DNA of 63,951 nucleotides, the filler included, from Reclinomonas americana ATCC 50394 (Eukaryota): assembly GCA_048213135.1 (NCBI GenBank). It is 12 parts of 10 records of this genome, joined end to end, with 100 filler letters (N's around TTAATTAATTAA, not from the genome) between each part and the next. Parts side by side here need not be neighbours in the genome. Positions count along the whole stretch, not along the records: positions 1 to 12,040 come from PS016074.1; positions 12,141 to 13,182 come from AFZH01016646.1; 10 more parts are not named here. One strand, written 5' to 3'. The notes under the pieces are model-generated. The model was not told where the DNA came from. It was given only the letters and a program-made list of their open reading frames with translations, and ran no database searches. The position numbers and the translations under genes were made by a program. This document shows, one piece after another, positions 1 to 12,496 of the stretch (its first letter is position 1; each line of letters starts with the position of its first letter).

Positions 1-233
1 GCAGCATCGCCACTGGGAGTGAAGGCGCGATATGTGCCGGCCATGTTGGCTCAGCAGCAAGCAATGTGTTTGTAGTTGGCCGGACGATGCGGCGGACAAC
101 TGCGACTCTGTGGATCCGTGGAGTGGGGCTAGCTGTGCAGGGAACCACGTCACTTGTTTGCTACACGGGATGCGCGTTGCTGGTTTCGCAAAAAACAAGT
201 TGTCCTTTCTCTTCACTATTCCGTCGCCCCAGC

Positions 234-2914
234 TCATGTGCCGGAAAAGTCGACGACACTGACGAGAAGTGTCTGTGTCAGTGAGCCGCCTGTTAGTCCG
301 GCGATCAGCCCGAAGCTCTGCAGACAGACAGGTGGGCACGAATGATGGGAGGTGTGAGTGGGTGCAGCGGCAGACGCACCATGACAATGCCCGCGGTCTC
401 CAGATCCACCGTGCGAATGCCCTTCGAGTCGATCATCATGCCCATGGTGGCCTGTGTGGAGCACACGAGTCAAGGCCTTTGTCGATGCCCATGCAAGACA
501 CGTCGAGGCACACTCACCAGCAATCCGCTGACATACCCAATCACCACCGTGATCACCAGGCTCGCCCAGTCGTTCGCAATGAGGTGCGGTTTCACGCAGA
601 AGAAGACCAGTAGAATGAACAGTAGCCGCACGACGACAGCCACGTAGTACCAATGTGGTGGCCAGCGCGGGATGTAACCGGCCGTGATGCGACCTGTGAT
701 GCCACGACAGCAGTGAGGAGGAGAGAGTGCAAGGATGCACGGTGTGTTTTTCGGTGGCGCACCGACAAAGTCGCTAAAGTTGAACACCATCTGTGTCGCG
801 TGCACGCTCAATTAAAGATCAGCTGTGGAGCACATTGCGGCACCGACCACTCACCAGCAGCGTCACCGGGAACCAGTCGTTCGACCAGGTGTAGGTGACC
901 GGCGGTATCAGCGCCACAATGCCCGGATAGATGACGTACGACGAGAAGAAGGTGACAAAGACAGAGGAACGGCTTCCACAGCAGGCGGAAGATGGACCAG
1001 ATGCCTGAGCCGGCGTCCTTGTGTTTCTGCCTCCGCAGACCTGCACGGACTCAGACAGGCGCACAAAAAAATGCGCCCAATGAAAGCAACACATGCACTC
1101 AACTCCATCGCGCCTCGTCATCATCGTCAATATCCTCCTCGTCATCGCCATCGTCACGACCCGCTGTGGCAAACTGCTCACACGACACTCGATAATTACA
1201 TCCAGCATGTGATGTTTCCAGTACAACCAGCGTACCTCTCGTTCCAAAAAATGCTGACTGAAACCCCACCCGCGCATGGCCAGGTACAGCAGCAGCGAGA
1301 GCACGATGAGGACCACCGACACCGAAAAGTAAATGTACGATGACACCACGGCTGGGTGATTGCACGTGGTGAGAGAGTGGCAGCACGTACGACAGTCGCA
1401 GCGTGCTGGCGCAACTGGTGCGCGACGTGGTGAACGCCGCCTTGGTGATCATGCGCACGGACGATGCGGTGAGGCCAGCCGCGGCGGCACCCACCAGAGT
1501 AGCTTGCATGTAGCGTGGCGGAAACAGTGAGGCGAGGCCGAGCACTGCGACAAGAAAATCAGCATCGAGCAGAAGCGCAATGGGGTGTCAGATGGTGCAT
1601 ACCAGTCGCATTCAGTACACCACTGCGGGCAGGGGATGCAAGAGTGAGGCGTGGTGCGGGAAAAGACAAGACATCGGAGGGAGGGGAGACACACGCAACG
1701 CGACACAACCTGTAGAGCCAGCGATCACGGTGAGTCAGGAGCGATCAGAAGAGCAGCGCGTACTCTCCCTCACCGGTCGTGAAGAACGAGCCCAGCAGAA
1801 GGAAATAGGCCGTGCGTTGACTTGTCAGGTACGTCCACGCCGTTGAGATCATGAACAGCACAATGAGAATGGGATAAAACATGAGCATGCGACTGTGGAT
1901 GGTGAAACGCTGCGCGCGAATGCCGAATGCACATGTCAGAGGCCACGACGGCAGGGCGCCATTGCATGAGATACACACACCTTGGCCCATATCAGCACGG
2001 GAAAGTAAACGAGAAAGTTGCCGAGGTTGTACGAGAACGAGATGTTGCTGATGACCCCGCTGTACGACGGATACTGCTGCTTCATAAAGTCGACTGCTCC
2101 CATGAATCTGTAGCAGCGTGTGTGAGCATCCTTTCCGATCGCTGCACACCAGCCTGCTCCACGACGCAACGAAAAGAACGGCAGCAGGAACGAGGCGCCC
2201 AGCAGGATGCACGACAGGTACGTGCGTTGGCACTGCAGCAGGAAGCGGAACAGTGAGTCCACCGAGAGAACGAACGAACAAACCAACGATCGATCTCATG
2301 CATGCATGCATGCACCTGATCGCGTGGCAACAGCGTAAAGTCCGTGCCGGAGGCTGGCGACGTGGAGTGCTTGCTGCCACCAATGAACATGTCGCCACTC
2401 GGCACATCGCTCTCCGAGTCATCCCCACCAAACCCGCCGTACCCTCGATACGGCGTCGGATGCCGTCCATTGCCGCTGTCGATCGGAGACGGAGGTGACT
2501 TGTTCCCGCGCCCTCCGCCTCGTTTCACTCCTCCTGCATCAGTCTCCCGCACAGTGTCTGCATTGATTGTGGTCGATGGTCTCTGCTTCCCTCGTCGCCC
2601 AGCAGAAGAGGCCTTGTCGGTGCGCCAGTTGTTGGGTGAGCTGGCTGTGTGCTGAAAGAGAGGCGCAATGCCTGCGACTCCAACACCACCACCACCACTG
2701 TTGCTGCTGCTGTTGTTTGTGGAGTCGCCGAGGTGCAGGAGACTGCCATCGGGTAGTCGCGGAGGGCCAGAGTTGCTGCCGTACGACTCGGGCTCATCGG
2801 ACCACTCAAAGTCGCCAGTGATGAACTGCAGCCGTGTGAGTGTGGCGAAGAGATAGAAGGGAGGAAGAGGGGAGGGCGTGCCTTGGTCTTGGAGCCCGAC
2901 CGGCCCGGGCGCAT
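234..2914 (-). CDS. Equilibrative nucleoside transporter (ENT/SLC29 family), paralog 2, multi-exon, long low-complexity N-terminus
   Basis: Spliced translation: LPRDQ..YLSCILLGASFLLPFFS-FMGAVDF..GCVAGVLNATVLGLASLFPPRYMQATLVG..FVTFFSSYVIYPG..NDWFP..RLLFILLVFFC..DLETAGIVM-SFGLIAGLTGGS*; stop at 234-236. Start at 2914 is inferred via a GC-AG intron. Confidence 0.9.
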
Positions 2915-3014
2915 CTGCGAACGACGAATCAATACATGCAAGGACGCGACGGACGTCGACGTACAAGAAAACCATGTTTTACATTCGTTGAAGCCTACGT
3001 ATTAAACAGCGCTA

Positions 3015-4664
3015 TTACGTACTATCGTTGTTGGTGCCGAGGTCCAGCCAGGAGACCAGACCGGACTGCAGCAAGGCGCCGGTGATGAGACCGGCGTTGA
3101 GTGCGAAGCTCATTAGAATGCCCGCCATTTCTTGGTCGTGGCTCTGCACGCGGCTGCACCCGTAGATCATGCCCATGGCTGTGTGCGCGTGGAGTGAGTT
3201 ATAGAAATCGGGCTGAGAGCGAGGCGCGGCCACACAACTGCCAAAGAATCCTGCAATGGAAGAAGTCAGGTGAGAAATCGACTGGCGTGATGAGAAAAGA
3301 GACGGCACGACACACCATTCGTGAACCCAAAGAGCACGGAGAGGATGAGTGGCACCATATCGGCGTGGATCAGAGATGGTTTGACGCAGAAAAAGATGAG
3401 CGGAATGCACCCGATGCGGCAGAGTGTGGCGATGACAAGGCCGGTGGGTCCAAAGGGCTTCCAATTGCCCACAATGCGCCCCGCCTGCGCGAGTGTGCAC
3501 GAATGAGGGTGGTGAAAGCAGCAAGTTGTCTTCATCAGCACAACACGCAACAAAGTCAGACACGTTCCACAACAGGAGCAGCACAATGGGAAACCAATGG
3601 TCGTTGCCCCAGCTCCATGTGTGAGCCGGAATGGCGGTGACGATGCCCGGGAAGACGACAGCCGAGAGGAAGAAGGTGAGGTACACGACCAGGAACATGA
3701 GCTGTGGCGGTCACAAAGGTTAGGGGCGATGCCGCGCACGCGAGACGGCTGGCGCACACTACGCAACAAAGATCGATTTGAACACTTGGAACGTCTTGGA
3801 CTTGGGTTTGTCGGCGATCAGCGGTGCTGCAGTCTCGCACGATCAGATCACATGCACGCACACACACAGAGACATGGCACACACACACAAAGCAAGCGTA
3901 CCGGATTCGGGATCATCCGACGTATTCAGCACCACCTTGGTCTGCACGATTTGGAACACAGAAGGTGAGCAGCAGCGGGCGACACGACCACGTGCAGGCG
4001 CACGCAGCTTCCTTGTCCAAGTAGTACTGCGCGAACGGCCACGTGCGCATCATCGTGTACAGCACCACGCAAACAAGAAGGAGGAGTCCGCTGAAGCCAA
4101 AGTAGACGGCCGATGACAGAACCACTTCCGAGATCAAGAGTAAGTGCAATGCGCAAATGCCAACGCTCACGCACACGCGCACACCTCCTCGGTTGGGACC
4201 AAGTGCGGCCTTGGTGATGATCCGCGAGGTCGAAATGAGCGTACCCGCCGCACCCACACCTGCACACGCAACGCCAAGTGAGGAGGAGGAGCACATCGCT
4301 TCGTCGAGAGAACATCACACGCAAGACAACGCGCCTGTCAGCGCGCTCTGCGTGTACTTGGGCGGAAACAAGGCCGCCAAGCCGAGAATGGTGGCATTCA
4401 GCACCCCACTGACGACACCTGCACGCCACAGTTGAGGCGCGGTAAGGTGGAGACAAGAAAACGGAGAAATATACCAATGAGGAACATGGAGGCCTCCAGC
4501 AACCACGACGCCGTGTTGATCTGGTTCGACAGAATCACGCTCCAGAACGGCGTAATGCCCAGCAGCACAAACATGCTCAAGTAGCCGGCCACAGTGCGCA
4601 CGAGAATGCTCACTTTTTGCGCAAAGAACAGCAGCAGCAGATAGATCACAAAGCCTCCAATGCT

Positions 4665-4695
<31 letters not shown>

Positions 4696-5117
4696 TCAGC
4701 TTCCTCGCGCACAGTGTGTGTATGTGTGTGTGTGAGAGAGAGACGCGTAACTTGTACGCAGTGTTGATATCAGTGACTACGTTCTTGTGCCCGGGGTACT
4801 GATCGTTGAGAAAGTCGACAGCGTTGATCATGCTAAAGAACGGAAGCTGCATGCAGAGCAAATCAGTGTGTGCGCGCGCTCTCACACACTCTCTCTCACA
4901 GAGAGAGAGGCATACCATAAAGCCAGCTCCGAGCACCATCACGACAATGTATGTGGCGGTCTCCTGTTTCAGTGTGTGAGAGAGAGTGTGCGCGCGAGAG
5001 AGAGAGAAGAGCAGTCGCGCATGATGTGACCTTGCCCTCTGGCACCCTGTGGCGCAGTGCTCTGGTCACCTCTGCATCCTCAGAGTTGACACTGCTCCAC
5101 TTCGCAGCGGCACTCAT
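3015..5117 (-). CDS. Equilibrative nucleoside transporter (ENT/SLC29 family), paralog 1, multi-exon
   Basis: YIVVMVLGAGFM-LPFFSMINAVDF; GLAALFPPKYTQSALTG-VGAAG; YLTFFLSAVVFPG; WNVSDF-AGR; GFTNG; DQEMAGILMSFALNAGLITGA; TAA at 3015-3017. Confidence 0.93.
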
Positions 5118-5180
5118 TTGCGACACTAATAATGAGCCCCGATCAACAGAATCAGACACAGATCGTATCGTTACGTTGCA

Positions 5181-8100
5181 ATGAAGAGCGATCGTCGTCG
5201 TCTTCTTCTACTCCTCCTGCTCCTCGTGTTGGCTTGTGGGCGATGCGACGCGCAGAGTTCCACGTCAACATTGCAGCCGCTCGGTGACATTCTTTCGCGA
5301 TGGACGAGCGCTGGCGACTCGGTGGTGTCGGCCTCTGGAGTGGCCCTGCACTCGTTCCTCGCAACAGGTGCCACACCAAGTGGAGGCCCGAGTCTGGCAG
5401 ATGCCACGACGCCCTCCATGTTGCGTGGCTTTTCGCGCGCACACACACGCACGCACGCAACGAGCGATAGAGAGAGAGAGAGAGAGAGGCGCATCAGCAG
5501 CGACATGTGCAGATAGATGCGACTTGTAGGTCGTCAATGTCACCACACCTTCACTGATGCAGTCGCAGTCAGCAATCATCAACCGATGCTCGATTTCGTC
5601 ATTTATTCATTGTGTGATCGATTGGTGACAGGTTTGGTGCGAGTGGCGGTAACGTGATCAACGTTGGATCGGTGTCGAGTCTGTCGTATTCGACGAGTCG
5701 TGTGTCGGCCAACACAGCGTGGGGCAGCGATGGGCAGTGGTTCACGGCGCAGTCGGTGAGACATGCTACTGGCGTGTTGTTCGCGTTGGCGTGATCTCAT
5801 GATCATTGTGCCCCGCGATGCAGAGTCAAGTGTGGATGTTTGCGGCCAACTCGATGAGTGTCGCGGGCTTCCAGATCCGTGGCACGTCGGGTGGAAACAC
5901 GTCACGGCAAGCGTCGGCAACGACGCTGCAGATCACCAGCAACGGGCACACGTATTCTGTGCTCTGTCGCCAGGTGTGGACGAGAATGCGGTGTGCTCTC
6001 TTCTTTCTATCGTAGCGTGTCTGACACGAGCGACACACAGACGTTCAGCGGAACCGCGCCATCGATTGTGCGCATGACACTGGTGCCGGATACGCCGTCG
6101 GTGTCGCAGACATCGTTCGAATCATCGCCCTCTGTCGACAATGTCGACATCAACAATCTGTCTGCCGCCGTTCGGGTCTACCACTTGCTGTTCTCGCAGT
6201 TCGGCGGCACCGACTCGACGGCCTTGACTAATGCACAACTGCGCAGGTTGAGTTGACACCATGAACCTTTCCTTTTCCGAACTCACTCACATGTTCTCGC
6301 TTCAGTGTGGCCAACTCGTTCATCTCCAACATTTTGCACACGGTTCCCAGCGATGTGGCAAACTTGTCGCTCGCCAGTGTGCAGTCCGCCATTCCCACTG
6401 CCGTGCCCGCGATCGCCGGTGCCACGGCATCGTTCCTGTCAACTGGCTTGACAACGTCCGGCAACACGGCCTTGTCGTACACGGGCAGCAATGGTACGTC
6501 ACATGCGTCGACTGGCAGGCAGGGACGATTCTTGCAGCTCACATGTGTGCATGCGCAGCTGCCGTTGGCAACACGGTGACCACCAGTGTCAATCTCCAAG
6601 TGCAAAACACCGACGACGTACTTATCACACCGTCGAGCACGACGTCGCCCTTCCTCACAGGCTCCTACGTGTCGTACACTACCGGTGGCCTGTACGTGCT
6701 GGCTGCCGATATCTCCGCCATCTCCAACTTGGCCATCTCCGGCAGCACCGGCATGACGTCGTCGGCCTCTGTGAATTTCCTCACGCTTACGGCTACTGAC
6801 ACCACTGGCATCATTCACACGGCGTTTGTGCGTTTTGTGTGCTCGACTACCCCCGTCTGCATTGTCCACATGGGCATCATCATGGCCGGCCAGTCGTGCG
6901 GCGCCACGGGCACTGCCAGCTCGGCAGCCTCGGTCGATTCGCTGTTCCTCTCCAATCTGCTGCCGTGCCAGCGCGCGTACCTCCTCACCTACACTACCAC
7001 GGCGGCAGTGACCGAGACGACGGCTCGCGCGACGATGCGAGCGGCTCTGCAGTCGCTGGCGGGCGTCTCCATTTCTGGCGGTGATTGCGTGCACCTCGTC
7101 ACCTGCGCACGCAGTCGTTGTCAGTTTGACTGACTGTGCGAGTAACAGGCAATACGCCCAGCGATAATTCACTGTCGTCCTACTCGTCGCGGCTCACCAA
7201 CAACTCATCCTCACTGAGCAACGCGATTCCGAGTCGGTTCAACTTTGTCGACGGCTTCACAGGCACGGAGATCAACGACGGCGGCGAAGACATGTTTGAC
7301 GGGTGAGATTGCATGCAACACTCGCTTCCCCTTCTCTCGCGTACTCACACACACACACACACACACACTCGGTGTGTGCGAGCAGTGGAAACCAGCTCAA
7401 CACCAACGTCCAGTCTCTAANNNNNNNNNNNNNNNNNNNNNNNNNNNNNNNNNNNNNNNNNNNNNNNNNNNNNNNNNNNNNNNNNNNNNNNNNNNNNNNN
7501 NNNNNNNNNNNNNNNNNNNNNNNNNNNNNNNNNNNNNNNNNNNNNNNNNNNNNNNNNNNNNNNNNNNNNNNNNNNNNNNNNNNNNNNNNNNNNNNNNNNN
7601 NNNNNNNNNNNNNNNNNNNNNNNNNNNNNNNNNNNNNNNNNNNNNNNNNNNNNNNNNNNNNNNNNNNNNNNNNNNNNNNNNNNNNNNNNNNNNNNNNNNN
7701 NNNNNNNNNNNNNNNNNNNNNNNNNNNNNNNNNNNNNNNNNNNNNNNNNNNNNNNNNNNNNNNNNNNNNNNNNNNNNNNNNNNNNNNNNNNNNNNNNNNN
7801 NNNNNNNNNNNNNNNNNNNNNNNNNNNNNNNNNNNNNNNNNNNNNNNNNNNNNNNNNNNNNNNNNNNNNNNNNNNNNNNNNNNNNNNNNNNNNNNNNNNN
7901 NNNNNNNNNNNNNNNNNNNNNNNNNNNNNNNNNNNNNNNNNNNNNNNNNNNNNNNNNNNNNNNNNNNNNNNNNNNNNNNNNNNNNNNNNNNNNNNNNNNN
8001 NNNNNNNNNNNNNNNNNNNNNNNNNNNNNNNNNNNNNNNNNNNNNNNNNNNNNNNNNNNNNNNNNNNNNNNNNNNNNNNNNNNNNNNNNNNNNNNNNNNN

Positions 8101-8369
8101 NNNNNNNNNNNNNNNNNNNNNNNNNNNNNNNNNNNNNNNNNNNNNNNNNNNNNNNNNNNNNNNNNNNNNNNNNNNNNNNNNNNNNNNNNNNNNNNNNNNN
8201 NNNNNNNNNNNNNNNNNNNNNNNNNNNNNNNNNNNNNNNNNNNNNNNNNNNNNNNNNNNNNNNNNNNNNNNNNNNNNNNNNNNNNNNNNNNNNNNNNNNN
8301 NNNNNNNNNNNNNNNNNNNNNNNNNNNNNNNNNAGACGTGGCGAGTGTTTGTTGTCGTGCACTTCGTCT

Positions 8370-8414
<45 letters not shown>

Positions 8415-9931
8415 GACACAACGATTGTGGTACCAACGTATGTGCTGGACAGACCAAGCGCATTTGCAACTCGGGTGACCCGAGCATCAATCACGTTTCG
8501 TGTGTCTGCAGCACACGCCGTTGTGCGACTGCTCCGGATCCGCTCACACATGTGGCCGTACATAGATCTGGATGATCAACTCGGCGGCTCCGAATGCGTC
8601 GAGTGTGTCGCAAACAATCGCCACCGACACTAACAGTGACCTGGATCAGCTTACCAATATGACCGGTGCGTGTACACACACACACAAACACATGCAGCTG
8701 TCATGTGCAGTGACATGCTTACTCTTCATGCTTACTCTTCGTCGGTGCGCTTCCAGGTATCTCGGAGGTGCACTACATGTTGTTTGGAGGGCAGGGCTCG
8801 GCGTGTTTCGCGCAGGACACGTTTTCGGGTCTGGCCACCAACTACCTCGGTGTGGTGCTGGCCAACCGTGCAGCCTCTGCGGTCCCCACTCCGGTGAATC
8901 GCACTGCCATTATCGTGGGCACTGTCTGTGGTGGTGTCGTCTTCCTCGCCATTGTGATTTTGTTGCGTGCATTGATGCTGGTTTGGTTGGTGAACAAACA
9001 ATGACCTGTTCTCCGCAGTGTGACGGCCAAGTGGCTCGTTCCTGGTTGCATCGTGGCACGACGACGACGACAGGCTCAAGCCGAAGCAGCACGCGAGCAG
9101 CTACGCCGCGATCGTGACGCTCATCTGCACGTAGCCGAAATAGAACGACAGCGCGAAGCAGCTGCCATTCGCGCAGCAGCACCACTCCCGTCGCCACGTT
9201 ACGGAAATCCATCACCAATCGGCAGCGACAGCGATATGCCCTTGATGGGCGGTGCACCGGCATCGGCGCAAATCGGCAATGCCAATCCGGCGGCCTTCGA
9301 ATTGGTGCCTCCGGACAACGTGATGGCCGCCATGGCAGCTGCGGCCGCGGGAGGGAAGAATAATCAAGGAGGTGGTGGCAACGGAGAGCCACCGCTCAAG
9401 CCGGTGTACCCGGTGCGTAGTATGGGAACCGTATGCTGAGAGATGGTGAGGGTGATATGCTGACTCGCACTGTGCTGCGCAGGGCGCCAATATGCCTCTG
9501 CCACCAGCTGCACCGCTCTTTGCGCCGCCAGCACCATTATCGCCTGCTAGCGCCGCAGCACCGTACGCACCTCCCCCATATCAATATGTACCGAGTGCGC
9601 CACCAGCACCGCTGTCGCCAGAGGTGTGTTGGCGCCTGCTGAAGAGTGGTGTTATCACGAAAGAGTTGATGATGCTAAGTGACGCAGTTTGCATCGCTGG
9701 CTGTGCCTGCCCCACTCGGTGGTCCAGCGTATTCGGCAGCTCCTGTCATCTATCCACCAGTGCGTCCACACGTGCCACGCGTTCCGTGCATTTGCCCAAT
9801 ATGTAATCTCTCACATGCACACACAGGCTGCACCCATGTACGCGCCCGCTCCACCCACAACAATCGAAATGGCGCGATTGTCACCATCACCACTACCACC
9901 AAACTCGCCACCGCCAGCGTATTATCCATGA
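5181..9931 (+). CDS. Large type-I membrane/surface protein: signal peptide, Ser/Thr-rich ectodomain, Cys-containing region, one TM helix, Pro-rich cytoplasmic tail; spans a sequence gap
   Basis: Signal peptide [27 protein letters not shown]-rich exons 5600-7300; TM AIIVGTVCGGVVFLAIVILL (~8905-8965); tail with APPPYQY and PPPAYYP*. Continuity across the 7421-8333 gap is assumed. Confidence 0.7.
7421..8333. other. Assembly gap (run of N)
   Basis: Uninterrupted N run. Confidence 0.99.
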
Positions 9932-10008
9932 TTGTTGAGTTCAATTCACACTGAAAATGTCTTGCTGTTCATCCTTGTTGTATTCCGTTCGTGGTCCTGC
10001 ACATCGCA

Positions 10009-12040
10009 TCAGACACAAGGCTGTATGCTGCCGCAAAATTGACTCACGTACATACCACGCAATAACTGGGGTGCGGGCTCGGCGTTCTTCAAAATCAACG
10101 ACGGAAAGCGCTCCGCAACATTCTGCACATACAGAGGCTATTGGTGAGTGCGCCTGCAAAGTACCAACAGAACACACGCGTGCTGCGACCGCACCATGAT
10201 CAACTCGCCAAACAAACTGCACCAAAAGAGAGACGGATGTGAGCATTCTGTCAGCGTGCGATAAACTGTGCGCCTCACTCACCTGTTGCACCAGCCGAAC
10301 CACGACCTGGATCACCGAAAATGTTCAGTCATCATCATCTTGACGCACCAGCAGCACCACATGCAACTCACCGCGAATACGCAGACACGTCGTCCTTCCA
10401 GAAACTCTCATGCATGAACCCGGTGCCATTGGCACTCCGCACCAGCATGGATAGCAGGCTGGAGATCTCTGCAGGATCGTCGCTGGTGAACGCCTGACAC
10501 CGGCAATTCAAATCAAGTGAGCAACATCGTGCGACGGAGATAACAATGACAAGTCATCCACCTGCATGATCAAACCCATTGGCCAGATGAATTTCTGCAG
10601 ACAACGTAGCGACGTGGGCACAAGGGTGAACAAACATGTACTGAGGAACACCAGCGCACCTGTCGAGTGTGGTACGAGCTACGCGCGGCAAGGGATTCAG
10701 CTTCAGAGTGATGACAACAGCGAGGACGGATTGCTCACCCCACGCCAGTGGCGGCCGAACCGGAAAAGTAGTATGGATTTGATTGGGAAAGAATCAACTG
10801 ACGAGTGTTACGATACACCGGCTGCCACGACGAGACAAGTGTCAGTCATCGACCACCGTCACCTAAAAGCGTTCATTGGACGCAACATCGGTCGACTTGA
10901 CGTAGCCAAGGTACGGCAGACTCAGCAGCGACGGGACCTGTGCACGAAAAATCGGTTAACTGCGGGTCGCGGGTATTGATGAGACTTGTGGTGTCACGCA
11001 CATTGGCATCGTCCATCCTGCCACAACAGATCGAGTGAGCACGTAATCTATTGCATGCACACTCTCTCTTTCCATTCAACATACCATACGCGGTTGCCGT
11101 ATCCGTCCACCTGCAAATGCACAATACTAACGCGTCAGTAATCCGGCAAGTGCATGAAGAGGGTAGAGAGTGCGTGCGTGCCTCGTAAGCATATGCTCGA
11201 CCAAAGATCTCGTGCTGCGCAATCGACCACGACTGGATGCTGTACGTGTAAAGGAGCGAAAGATGAGCAGCGTGGCCGCAGAGAAAGAGTGGAAAACTCG
11301 TCAACATGCCCTTGATTGATTTCCGCCGCGAGTGCCCGAGCTCGGTTGGCCCTGTCTCCGTCGTTCATGTTGTCGCAGATCTCGGCCGCCTGTCGCAATG
11401 ATACCACCATCATGGCATTGGCAGCCGTCTGAAGGAGGACGCATGGACATGAGAGGAGGGAGGTCAGCATGGTGGCTGTAAAATCGACTGCCGCACCGGA
11501 TAACCAAAGACGCCATTGTCGTCTGAAGGGCGGGTGATCGACTTGGCCATTCCTGAGCAGCACACACGCATACAGCCATTCCACTGAGCACCGGAGCAGA
11601 GGTCAATCGCAGACATGGCGCTTCGCACCTGTTCGGCGCACCGGAGTCCCAACGCCCTGCCACAGATTCTGCACCTGCACGGTCTCTCGCGTGAGCGACT
11701 CACACGCACAGAAGCACAGTCTCGCACACACACACACACACACCTCCTGATAGTACTGATACGACGCCTCACTGCCTTCAATCGTCTCGTCCTCCGCGGT
11801 GCCGTGCTGCGTGTCGACAATCACTTGCATGATCTGATCGAGGCCCTGTGTCCACACGGGATCGCTTGCTGCACAGCAGTTGTCAACGTGCCTGCGACAA
11901 CATACAAGTCTGCACATGTGCTCGTTCACAAACCAAATGGGGATGTGTCGTTGCCGAGGGCCCTGTACAGCCCATACGAGAGGCGCAGCACGGCCGCCGG
12001 CGAATCCAGCTCCCAGTTGGCCTGGCAGATGATCGGCTTC
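10009..12040 (-). CDS. Glycoside hydrolase family 125 (metal-independent exo-alpha-1,6-mannosidase, DUF1237); 5' end lost in gap
   Basis: Family motifs in order: NWELDS, RPSDD..FGYPV, ANAMMVV, YAYE, MDDANV, WPMGLIM-QAFTSDD, GFMHESF, SWFGWCNSLFGELI. Confidence 0.92.
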
Positions 12041-12140
12041 NNNNNNNNNNNNNNNNNNNNNNNNNNNNNNNNNNNNNNNNNNNNTTAATTAATTAANNNN
12101 NNNNNNNNNNNNNNNNNNNNNNNNNNNNNNNNNNNNNNNN
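12041..12140. other. Artificial scaffold spacer N44-TTAATTAATTAA-N44; also at 13183, 16214, 39390, 41119, 47919, 52164, 53743, 56923, 59146, 62003
   Basis: Identical 100-bp element with stops in all six frames, always embedded in Ns; genes such as ALDH, the FN3 protein and TFIIH p62 continue across it. Confidence 0.97.
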
Positions 12141-12496
12141 CCAGTACTGTCTGAAGGGTCAGTGCATCGACAACACCGTCGTCGAGCACTTCCTGGCCAC
12201 CATCGGCAGCTTCAGCCCGATTGGCATCTCTGGCCCTGGCACTCTGTCGGCTGGCACCGCGTCGGCCTCTGGCACCTGCAGCCCGGCGTGCGACTCGAAC
12301 CAGTACTGCCTTAAGGGACAATGCATCGATAACACCGTCGTCGAGCACTTCCTGGCCACCATCGGCAACTTCAGCCCGATTGGCATCTCTGGCCCCGGCA
12401 CTCTGTCGGCTGGTACTGCGTCGGCCTCTGGCACCTGCAGCCCGGCGTGCGACTCGAACCAGTATTGCCTGAAGGGTCAATGCATCGACAACACCA
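12141..12496 (+). repeat. Coding tandem repeat, 159-bp period, about 2.2 copies visible (likely more in the gap)
   Basis: Units start at 12141, 12300 and 12459; differences are mostly synonymous. Confidence 0.92.

Noticed and set aside
1..233. Possible 3' end of a + strand gene
   Set aside because: Too short and no recognisable motif; cannot be supported.
2826..3030. A single double-length (22-TM) ENT made by splicing out the ENT1 stop
   Set aside because: A phase-1 intron from GTACGT (~3022) is in frame only if the obviously intron-like 2826-2881 segment is retained, and ENT1 ends where ENTs normally end. Two genes is more parsimonious, though not excluded without cDNA.
12085..12096. Recurrent palindromic TTAATTAATTAA as a biological repeat or recombination site
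   Set aside because: Always centred in exactly 44+44 Ns and encodes stops in six frames: an assembly spacer. True gap sizes are unknown (e.g. the GH125 N-terminus is missing).
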